From positions 372,001-436,000 of the forward strand of contig OZ025664.1 of the NCBI GenBank assembly GCA_964019335.1: a DNA stretch of 64,000 nucleotides. The letters are read 5' to 3'. Below, piece after piece: positions 15,001 to 27,000 of this stretch. This stretch comes from Diplonema japonicum. Its lineage: Eukaryota; Protista; Euglenozoa: Diplonemea. The position numbers and the translations under genes were made by a program. The first letter of the stretch is position 1. Every line of letters starts with the position of its first letter. The notes below the pieces were generated by a model. The model did no database searches. It saw nothing but the letters and a program-made list of their open reading frames with translations, and was not told the origin of the DNA.

Positions 15001-18000
15001 GGCGACATTAGGTACATCGACATCGAGGGGATGAATGGGAAAGACGTGTGCAGTGCAAGGGCTGTCGCATACAAGACAGCGGCAAAGGAGTCGAAAGTGC
15101 GAAAGCAGGATTGGTGCTGTGCCAGCACGGCTTCCACTAGTTACTTCACCCTGGCACCTTGTCCCATGACTCATAAGTCTTCATGGAAGTCACATTGCAA
15201 AAGTGTGTTCTTTGATGCGATCAAGGAGCACCCAACACACTCGACGCGCGACATCCTCAACTCCGTCGCCGACACCACTTCAGGCGCTCCATTTGATCAG
15301 ACATTGCTTGCTGCTGCGCGTTTCATCGAAACATCAGTCCTTGACCACCTCACGTTCAAGGCCACTGTCACGCTGTCGAACCATGCGACCTCCTTCTGTC
15401 ATGTGCAGGTTGCTGGCGTGGCTGTCATGAGCGAAGTGGAGGTGTTGCTTGACTTGACGCAGCTGAGGGTTTCTTCCAACGAAGCCGTCATTTTCTCTGC
15501 TGAATCCGAGCAATGCGAGAAGTTGCGCGTCCTCCTCGCCACCGGAAAGGTCAAGGTTCTAGGTCTCGGTACCTGTTTGGATGTGGCCCTCCCGAAGGAG
15601 TTCCTTGACGCCATCGACCAGTTCCGAAAGAATGTAGCGGTACTGGGTGTGAACAACTACTCCCTGATATCCGAAGTGTCGAACGATGCGCTTCCTGCTG
15701 TGGGCGACGAGGTGGAAATTCACGGCGTGACACCAGACATCAACGGGCAGACGGGGCATGTCACTGGCTACGTGGAGAACTCGGACTACGTTTTGATGTG
15801 GGTGCAGGTTGAGGATTCTAAGAGGGTTGCCTTACTTGCTCCATCAGAAGTACATCTCAAAGAAAAGTGTCGCACGAGCCACGTGTTGCCCAAGACTCCT
15901 GCAGCAGTCCTGAACATGGATGTGCATATATCCAAGGGTTGCAACATCAAGATTCCGCTGCCGGCTATTTCGTCGTCCAAGAAGGTGTGGACCGCGTTGA
16001 TCAAGACGAGCAATCTGCAGATACCCTCCGAGGGGGATGCTTGGATCGATCACGACAAATACCAAATGCCGCTGGTGATCGTCATGGATACTGTTGAAAT
16101 GCATCTGTGCCCCTTAAGCAGCAAAGGCTCTCTCTTGACGGTAGCGGAGATCCGAGAAGACGCAGAGAGCGAACTACCTGCCTTTGGGATCGTTGGGAAG
16201 GCTAGCCGTCTCGTGGACGAAGAGGCACTCGCGGAGCTAGCGATGACTCAGACACCGTACTTGAAGGCAGAGGGACTTGTAGTGAAGTGGAGGACTGCAA
16301 AGTGCTTGAAAGGGACGCAACTGGCATGGAAAGACTGCGAGGTGCTTTCTACAAAGATGGAAATCAACTACTCCGCTAAGGTGGGAGCTGTAACAGGGTA
16401 TCTGTACGCAGCAAGTATGGACCTGATGCGGTTCATCAATATTATGCCGCCTCCAGAACTGTACTCGGAAGGGAGCTGGGAGGTCTCAGGCCCGATATAC
16501 TGCACAGCAGAAACAGAAACTCCGAAACCAACATGGAACACCAGACACATCACCGTAGTGAAGAACATGGCCGGTGAGTGGTGCGTTGTCGCAACCTCTC
16601 CATCGGCCAAGGCACCTAATACATTCATCCCCAGGTCAGGGATGCGCATATCCCGCCTCTCGAAGAACGACACCTCAAGCAACATCACTGTGTCTGTCCC
16701 TAAGCTGGCAGCCGAGATACACCTGCCAACTGTAACAGGCACATACTGCTTTCTTGCGTCGTATCAATTCATGTTGGGTGTCTCAGGTTTTGTCATTGTC
16801 ATCAATACTGAGGACTTTCCCATCTCCAATATCCACTTCGGTACCCACCTCGCGGCGGATGGCAGACATCAGAATTACATCAAAGTTTATATTAAAGAAA
16901 ACGTCATTGTGTGCGAAGTGTCCTCGAAAGACCTTGTGGTGCTCGCCAAGTTGAAGTACATGGCAAATGCGCAAAGTGTGCCGTGCACAATCCCTGAAGT
17001 CATCCCGACGCGTGAACGAAACGCAGACTTCGTGTGGGATCTGCGGCACATGGACGAGAGTACTGTTGTGAAGTTGATGGAGGCACTGTACCGAGCACAG
17101 CAAGAGAATGATCTTTTGACTCCGAAGCTTGTATCATGCCAGTGTGCTGAATGCTACAGCAACACACGAAGCAGGGGCGACAGTGACTTTGGTTGGGATG
17201 TTCCGACTGAGCTGCAGAATTCCTTGCGTAGCCGCTACACAAACCCGGCCACAAGGACGTACTGCACTTGTACGACGTGTCTTCCTCACAAGAGGCTAGA
17301 CGGTAACCCCCAGGTCAACCAGTTGCATGTCTTTACTAAAATCGACAAATGTACTGTATGGGTGCAAGACCTTTACGGGAGCAGCACCCTGAAGGTGGAC
17401 TGTGATGACTTCTGGTACGAGCAAGCAGCATCCGACGGGTACGGCCTTGTCAGTGACATAGGTATCAACCGTTACAGCGTCTTCGTGAAAAGGACACCTG
17501 AGGAGAACGCACTCGCGATGACAGTTGAAGGGAAGGAAACAATGTACTACCTAAAACAAGGACTCATGGATGAGCAACCAATGTGGCAAGAAAGCCAGAC
17601 AGCGCGGACTATCATGACCAAAGACAAAAGGTGGTACATACCCACAGTGAGAAATAGCGCTGTTCTGAAGAGCAGCAAGGGTGAGACACCATTCGGTGAA
17701 GGCGTGACGTGGAGGTACAATATGCGCGAGACATGGCGTGGTGCTACAAACATGAAATGGACCGTGCTACGGGAGATTGATGGGATAAAGCGTGTTGCGC
17801 TGCATTCGTCGCTGAATGTTTCAGGGTTCTATTTCGAGGAAAGCGAGGGGTATTGGAAGAGCGGAACACACGTCATCAAGCAGAATGTAGACAAAACATG
17901 GGAGCTGACTGAAAACGCAATGCAAAGCACGGGGTCCCCTGAGAACGGCGACCTGCGTAGCTGCAAACACGAAGGAATGCTTCCGTGCGAGATTCACACA

Positions 18001-21000
18001 TGGGAACAATACTCAGGGTTGACTGGGAAATGGGTACCGAGACCCAACGTCGCTGTCACAGCCACCACGGACCATTCTCTTTTCGAGAACAGCAAATTGC
18101 ACTGCGCTAAAGCATGGCTGTGCAAGTGCAACGAATCAAGTGGAGAATGTGTGGAGGTCATCCAACCAGTGAAGACAGACTGGCATGCCGTACCTGTTGG
18201 GACCCATGGCACGGTTGTCAGCAAGGCTGCAAACTGGCTCGAAGTGAAGTTCCCGTTGAGATGCGACAACTGCCAAAAGATAACAGAGTGCTCGGTGTGT
18301 ACGGCCGACTGCCCTTATAAGAACGTGCCGTTGTGCGAGGAGTGCGACGAGCGTCTACACAACATGGTGCGCTGTCTTTACCTGCAAGAGGTTTCGGCAC
18401 AACTTCGCAACGGTTTCCACATGGCAGACGCAAATGTGGCCGCCATGACGGAGGCAGGCATTGAGGAAGCAGACAGCAAGCTCATCCAAGTGCTGAAGAA
18501 AGCCAAGCACTGCTGGGACCAAAAGCTTGAACCAAACGAGATTGTCCGCGAGCTGCGAGAAGCCATCTCGCGAGAAATCGGTAGAGGCGAGCTGCAACAA
18601 GCACTTCTCGACATCCTAGATAACGGGGCCAAGAGCCACACCTCTGGTCCATGCATTGTTAAGGTGCCATCAGAGGACGTGCCGAAGGTCTTGAAGACGC
18701 TATCGACGGATTTCAAAGAGAACTGTATTACGTTAGAAGCTGCCCTGAAGCACGAGAAGAATTTTAAGCTCCACGTAGAGGGCGTCTCTGGCATGTATAG
18801 TGCTGACCGCAGGGACACGTTCTACACATGGACCCGCTCACAGTTGGCTGTATCGCAGGCAGCGATGTTCTTCCGCTTCATCAATCGCCTTGAGGGCCAC
18901 CCTATGATGGCAACGACAGACCCCTCCGGCGACCCTTTGCGGCCGAGTGACCCGCAGCGGTACAGCCAAGTATTTCTGGGTGCGACGAACGTATTTGTCG
19001 ATCCCAAAGTCCTGGGCACCTTGTGGGCTGCTATAAGCCACCTACAGTTCGAGCCGTTACTCGGTATGAAAGTGATGATGGGCGGCATGTTCCCTCCCAT
19101 GTACACCCCGCTGTTGCTTCCCCCTGCTCCGCTAGTCAACACGATCGACTTGGTGATCGAAGACCATGTCAACATTGAGCTAGCTGCACGGAAGCCTTTC
19201 TGCTGGGAGGAGTCGAAGCTTGTGACAATGACAGTGGGGAAGATGACCTTTGGGTTCGTGATGCGACCTGCTGTGATGACAACAGTGATTAAACTGGACA
19301 GCTTTAAGATGCTAGATGCAAGGGAGGGGGTTGCAAAGGAAATAAGTGGGCTTGTGAAGAGCAAAGAAGGATTCATGGATGGCCTGTTAGTTGTAGACAA
19401 GCGTACATGGGGGAAGAAAGCTGAGATTGTAGGCGGACTGAACGCGAAATTAAGGATGGGTGAGGTGAGTATCATGGTGATCCCGAAGGTGCTGGCTGCA
19501 ATCCCTGCGGTATTCATGGCCATGAGCACAGAAGCTACAGCTTATCTGAAGGAAATATACTCCATTGAAGCCATCACTGACCTGCCGACTGGCGCCTCTC
19601 TCGACCCAACTCTTCGAAAGGCTCCCACAACATGGTTCGGCGCTGCTACAATGTCGCAACACCCTCTTGAGGATAGTTACATTTCCGAGTACAGGCATAT
19701 GATCTCAAGGAACGAAACTGAGGCGCGTGATGCCATCTCCCGTGGCCTGGTGTCCACGTTTAATGTTGACGCGACGCTGCAGAGTGCCATCCTTCGTCTC
19801 CCTTATGAAGAGGGCGGTAAGTATGGTTTCCTGAAGGCGAACTGCGACACGATATGCGCGAAGAGCTGCACCAGACAAGAAGGCGTCGACACTTTTGAGG
19901 TCATCACTGTCGACAGCGACGGTGATGGAAATGAGGTCACATTGTCTGTAGAGTTCGAGGTTGTGCAGACGGACTATTACAAGGAAGCGAAAGAGCCGTT
20001 CGTTGAGAGGATGGGATACATGTTTAAGGGAAAGAGGCTTCTTGTACCTCAATACTTCGCGCGTGACAAGCGGGAGTGGGAGATCGTCATAGACAAACAA
20101 CAAGGCGAGACATTAGACTGCACATGGAACGACACTTCTATGGTCCTCGAGTCTATTTCACCCAACAGTATAGCATCCGCTCTGCTGCAACGCTACGCAG
20201 GACTCCGGCTTGTGAAGATCAATGGGCTTGCCATCACTTCTGACAAGGACGTTGATGAGATATGCAAACCCCTTGCTACGTTGGTTCTCCGGTTCGAACC
20301 GTGGGAGGAGTACGAGGCACAGGTAACAGATGTAGCCATCAAGTACACTTCAGTAATGCACGCGAGGCTTAGGAAAGTGATTGAACTGGCTTCGATTCCA
20401 ATCTGCACGTGTGTGGTGGATGCTTGCTCATGCCCAATTAATAAAACGGTGCAAAAAGCCGCCGCGCCCTCTCCTGAAGCGGTGCCCAACGAAGCCCGTA
20501 CTGTTGCAAGACAATTTGCCTTCTCCAGCGGGAGACTGCGTGTCGACGTTGTGACGCAGGCTCGTGACGTGGTACCTTCGTCCAGTTTTGAACCCACTGT
20601 CATCTCAATCCCGAAGCCTTTGGGGAGGCTGGAGATCTGTGGCGTTGAACTAGCGTACACCAATATCTGCGGGACATTTAACCATGTGAGCATGGCGCAA
20701 CCCGAGGTCCTTGTGCAGGACACAAGGGTGAATCGTAGAGGCGTTGACATCGACAAGCAGCTGGGCCACGTCATGTGGACACACCACCACATCACAGACG
20801 TGTATTTCAAGAACGAAAATAGCGGCAACTTCCTGAATGTCAGCCTGTACAACGAGCAGCTTACTGTTTCCGTGAACGATGTCAGCGAAGGAATCGTCTC
20901 GAAGATCGAATACGATGGCGTGGACATGCTGGTTCTCACGACTGAGACGCACAGCAGGGTCATTAGGCTAAACAAATCCACAGTGGTTGCGACTATCAGT

Positions 21001-24000
21001 GGGCTGAGGAGCCTCGCGAGACAATCAGGTGCAACACAGGCGAGCCTTCCCACCTTCATTGCACCCACTATCACCGCCATGCAGTACTGCACCGACTCGA
21101 CGGAGGCACTGCTCTCCGTCAGTTGGTCGATGGAGAAGGAAGACAAACGTGTCACTGCGTCGGTGTATGCAGGGAGGCTTAAGGTACTTGCTGCCATGGA
21201 CTTCATAGCGCAGTGCAAGTCCATCGTAGAGGACACTACTGCGCCAGACAGCAAAGAGGTCGAGACAGACAACACGGACCGCGTCGTTGAAATCGAGGAC
21301 GACGTCGAGCTGAACAGGATCTTCATACCACCCACAGAAGCTTCTGATCAAGCGATGTACCTTACTCTTGACCAGCAGTCGTGCGTGGCCGACCTAACCC
21401 GTGAGGCGACACCAGCAACACCGTCGGTTGATGGACTGGAGGACTGGGATGGGGGTGTTCGCTGGGCAGTCCGAATGAGCCAGGACGTCACCATTGGACC
21501 TTACGGAAACATGGAAGCGCCGCAGTGGCTGATCCGCCCCCATAGCATGTTGTCCAGAAGCGCAGAGTGCCACTTTGTTGAGATCATAGGTGACCACCAG
21601 CCGGCTGGTGCCATCATCGACAAAGAGAACTGGAGAAGGATTCACATGAAGTTAGATGGTAAATACACAGATTGCGCGCAGTGCGGCATTCTCGACAACA
21701 CGGCAGCGGTCATCGTGCAGAGAGACACAAAGCTGTGGTTTAAGAGAGTGATCTTTGTGTTGGATTACCCGTTATCTAAAGTGCCGATAGATGCGTACTT
21801 CAAGAAGCTGAGCAATGATATGACGTGCGCTGTGCGGTTCGAGGAGTGCTTGGTCCAAGAGGAGATCGGGTTGAAAGACCTGAGGGAGTATATCCCAAAA
21901 GGCTTCAATAGCTCAACATGGGTGGCAGCGGTGCCTTTCAAAGAAGACGAAGATATTTCTGGAGAATTGAAGTTCATGTCCACTGCGAACTGCTGCAAAG
22001 GCATGGATCTGAAGGGACAGGACGATTACAAAACCGACGAGGAAGACGAGGAGGAGGAAGCTGTAGCGTCAAGCGCAAAGCTGTTGCTGAAGAATCTGCC
22101 TTGCGACACAATGGACCTCGTTGGGAGGTTCGAACGCTTCGACATTGAGGTGGTGAAGGACATCTGCGACAAGGCGTCGCGCATGTACAGGATGCAGATG
22201 ACATCAAATAATAAAGTCCACTTGAAAGAGAAAAAGAATTTGGTACTTATCCCCGTTGAAGGGGAGAGCACAAGCAACTGCACGGGTGCAGGGTGCCCCG
22301 AGTGCATGACTCTTGACGAGGCAAAGGCTAAGTGCAAGAACAACAGCTCCATCTATGGGTTCACATGGTTGCCGAAGTCCCGCGACGAAGAAAATGAGGA
22401 TACTGGGCTCATTCACGTCACGTTTATCACGTCGGAGTTTACAGCCGTCAAGCGCAACAAATGGGCAACATTCATAAAGGAAACCTGTGCCGAGAACATC
22501 TGTGCATCAATGCAACTGAAGGCCAGCAGGAAGACCGGCGACAACGAAGACGACAACGAAAAGCTGTTCGTTTCTGCGTCCCTCAACACCATGAGGGTCA
22601 AGGCCCGTAGCGTGTTGCAATGGGGCAAGACCTTACATGCCAAGAACATTGCAAAGAAGAGTGTTGTGATCCGGAAAGTACTGGCCTCGGGGTCCATGGT
22701 GACACCCACGATAGAAGGTGACGTGAAGAAGGGTGAAGTGGTGTCGCTGGTGGTTTCGTGCAAGGACACAGGGACGTTGTTGGGTGTCCCAGAGACACTG
22801 CCTGTCGGAGCACAGTTCAGAGTGATGTCTGTCGAGGAGGGCGTGGGGGCCACATTGGTCCCCATCGATGCGTCTCTCGACAGCAAGGTAGGGCAGCCCC
22901 TCAGCGAAGATGACATCAGCGAGTGCGCGCAGATTCTACACGTGCCCTTATGCAAGAGGCCTTGGACTGCTGAACAAATGACAGTGCTGCGAAAATCTGT
23001 TGGCGATGTGGTGGCCTCTGAGATTCAAGAAATCAAAGACACCATTTCAAGAGTGCAGTTTTCATCCTACATTGCGTCACTGGGCTCCCATGAGCTCAAA
23101 GAGCTGGCTTCGTTAGCGGATGTACCGCTCCCACTTTCCGTGTCAGACGAAAAAGAAGAACGGTCAGAACTGTTGTCTTCCCTGCGGTCGGCCCACAGAG
23201 ACAGGACACGGCATGTTACAAGGTCGAGGAAGGGCCGTGTTGTGCTCGAGATGGCATACTTCTCAACCTTTTTCATGTACCCCAAGGTGCCCTACCCTTA
23301 CTACGACGTGGTGCCTGCTGATGTTGTGACGGAGGACGGCGATGAGATCGACATGGAAACAGACTTCGTACCAGGTGCGTCCTTGATCCTAGCGAAGGGG
23401 AACAAAGTGGCTCTTCCTGCGGACACTTTGGTGCGCATCGTTGAAGTTCCTTCGGACTCCGTTGCGCGTGTAAAGCCTGAGCTGCACTTCAAGCCACCTG
23501 TACCTGTGCAGTTTGAGATTCTATTGGACGAATGTGTCAGAGTGAACATCACAACGAGCGACTTTGCTGCTCTGGCTTCGTTGCAAGGACCGAGCAAACC
23601 GCGTGCTGAGTCAGCCAGGAAAAGGGAAGAACCCAAGAAACAGCAGCAGCAGCAAGTGGTGACTTCCGAGACCGTCGTGCCGCCTTCGTCGGATGCACAA
23701 ATGTACGTCAACGTGAAGTTCGTGTTGCGGAGCTGCTGGGTGACAATTGTGAACGACAAGGAGGGATTCAGCCAGAACGTGTTGAAGGCCAACTGCAACG
23801 GAATCAAGGCCAAGGGGTCATGGCGTGGAAATGACTTGTACAAACCCCAAGAAGGTGTCGCCTCTTTCAATGTGGCTATCATGTTCGCACTACGCTACTT
23901 CAATCCCCTGAACGGGAGCTGGGAGTCTGTCCTTGACAACTACGGTTTGTGGATCGGATGGGAGCGACACCGCAACGTGATGTTCTCTCCGCCATTCAAG

Positions 24001-27000
24001 CAAGTCTTCAACATCTATCCACTACTGCAGGGCGGCATGCCTGTAGGGAGACAGGGAATTATGAACCTTTCTGTTACACAACACCTCATCTCGAGCATGG
24101 TGGAGCTTGTGCAGAACATACAAAACACAAAAGCCAGCAAGTCTGCGGAGTTTGAAAGATACGAAGGTCAGGTAGTTCGCAACGAGAGTGGCATTTACCT
24201 CACAAGCATGGAGCCGCTGACGCTGCTGTGGGACGCAAATGACATCTCACATGTGTTCTCCGTCAGCGGGGACAGGACCGTATGTGCCACGAAGGAGGGC
24301 ATCCGGCGTGCAAGCTTGCGTGCTAGCAAGCCCTTGCCTGAGGACAGAACTATCATGGTACAGCTTAGGGTAGAATCAGCCCCTGCAAGGGACCCCGATG
24401 CCCTGATCGGGTTGGTAGACAACAACGGCAGCAGGTGTTGCATACGATGCGATGACGGCTCTGTGGAACTAGGCGGGCTGATGTACAGCGTTCCTGCATT
24501 GGGGAGGATCTCTGATGCGACGTTCGTCAAAATGCTTGTCGAGCCCTCACAACTGAAGGTCAGGTTCTGCGTGTCCGATGGCAGTGATGAGGTGTGGAGC
24601 AACGACATTTTCTGGCCAGAGATGGAAGGCCCCCTAACCCCCACCGTATGGGGCCGTTCAGCGGGGTGGAGGTTCACCTTCCCAACAGAAGACCAGGAAG
24701 CAGCGCTTTACATCTCGAACACTTATCAATCGGAACGCGGTATTGGGGCGCATCTCGCAGAGCACCCCTACTTTGTCATATCCCCTGGAAAGGTGACACC
24801 TGGCGACAAGGCAGACAAAGAAGTGATGCGCTGCAGGTGCGACACAACGTACTTGATGTACAATAGAGTGGCATTCCCTGTTGAGAGTGAGGTGTGGTGG
24901 GTGTGGCGGAACATCACGCGGAGTGTCGCCAGTGACATGGCAAGGCCCACATCGCACCACAGCACGGCGTACACGGACAACTTGTTCAAAAATCTGTACG
25001 CGTTGCAGCACCTTGCTATAGAGTGCAAGACTGACGAGTGGAACCCCAGCTGCATGATGTGTGGGGCTGACGAAACCACCGAAGAGAAACCTGTACTTCT
25101 ATCCAGAAGGCTGCTTGTCCCACGCCTTAAAATCGAGACAGCCGTTGTGGAAGGCAAGGTGCAGACAACTATCAGATCCAGCATACAGATCAGGAACAAC
25201 TGCAAGTTCCCTATTGCTATCGAGTTGATCCTCCGAGGCACGCAGGTGGAGACCACGAAGAAGCTCAACAAGATCCTCACGGACGTCTTCCCCTCTGTGA
25301 CAGAGTGCGTCATCGTTGTGAATGAGAACGTAGGCCACGCCGACAACTCGACTGGCATCCCGCTCCCCTACGCAACGAGAGGCGGCTACTTCAGGATCCG
25401 ACCTCTTGTTTCCATCCAAGCTGACGTCGACAGCAGGGCCAGCCACCTAGGCCTCAAAGCGATCGAAGAGACTGAAGCAATGATGTCACGCACTGACCTT
25501 ATCAACGTGATGTGGTCCGAAGGACAGCTTCCTCTATATGCGTACAGTAAAGAGAACAATGAGCTATCCACTGTCCAGATGTCAGCCAGCTGCCCACGAG
25601 GGATCAAAGTTGGGAGGGCACCGCCTGCAAAGACGAACTCCATAGTAGACCCTGTCCCGCAGCACCGCCCTGTGTACTTCCACGTGCATCATAAGCCTAT
25701 CAAGCCACATGCCACTGACAGTGGTTGGCTGACTACCAACACTGGGGAGGAAGACAAATTGAACCAAGAGGTGGAGGTTGTGGTGCAGCCACTGCTGCAA
25801 TTAACGAACTTGTTGCCATGCAACGTTCGATACTGCATTAAGACAAGCCAGACAGACATCCCCAGCAGCGACGACGCACAGGGCACGCTTTCCCCGCAAG
25901 GGCCTGGACAGCACAGCACTGCTATCATCATGAGTGTGCCGCCTGGCGAAAACTTGTACCTCACGCTTGAACTAGACTCCGATCAAGGGTCAAGGCTTGT
26001 TCAGGAGGAGCTGCTGCTGATCCACCCCTCAGACAGGGAATTCCAGAACGTGAGAGAGAAGTTCGCGAAAAACAGGGACGATGTAGTCATCATGAAGGCC
26101 AAGAAAGAGTATGCGGGGATGTCCTTTTTCACTAGCCAGCTGCACGTGAAAGTGAAGAACATCATCGACGGCAACGTGGGGGCCTACAGGAACATCCAGC
26201 TGTGGACGCCTTTCTGGATAATCAACCGCACCCCGATGTCTATCAGCATGAGGGGTGGCCGCTCTCTACAGCCCCTCCCTGGGGTGTCAGGTGACGGGTT
26301 GCTGAGCGACATGCAGGCAGCAGGTGGTCCGCCTCCGCAAGCAGTGCTGTTCTCTGATGGTTCCAAGAGCCAGGCAGTAACGAAGTTCAAGATACAAGCA
26401 CAACAATCCGCGTGGTCTAAAGCCGTCGCCATCTCAGCGCCCGCCTACCATAAAGTGATCTGTGAGCAGGCAACGAACAAGCAGCGTGTTGTGATCCCAT
26501 TGGGCCTCAACCTCACTATCGGTTCAGGCGACCTCGTAATGAGCAAGATCCTCTCCATCCAAGAGGCGTACGTGGCAGTCAACAGGTTCGACAAGAGTAT
26601 CGGGCTGAGGATAGCACGGGATTACAATGCTGACGCGCCGCCCCCAAACGACGAGGAGGATGATGAAGCGATCCCTGTGAACATCCTGGAAGGCTACATG
26701 GAGGGACGGCCTCTACCGAAAAAGCCTTTGAACTGGGTGTTTGCATTGGACACTCTTCAAGGATATGCAATGTCGAAGGCGTTTGATCCTCATGCGTCCC
26801 CTCAGCTGGAGCTGTGCGTGATGGAAGGCGATAAGCGTATCTCAAGCTGGTCATATGCTTTTGAACTACAAGAGGTGGGGAATATCCATCTGAAAGTCTT
26901 CCTGAAAAACGCCGACAACGCTCCAGACCAGGAAGCGGAGATACCCGTGATCCTTTCAGCCAGTTTCACTACAATCGGGCCCACTGTCGTCCTCGAGGTC

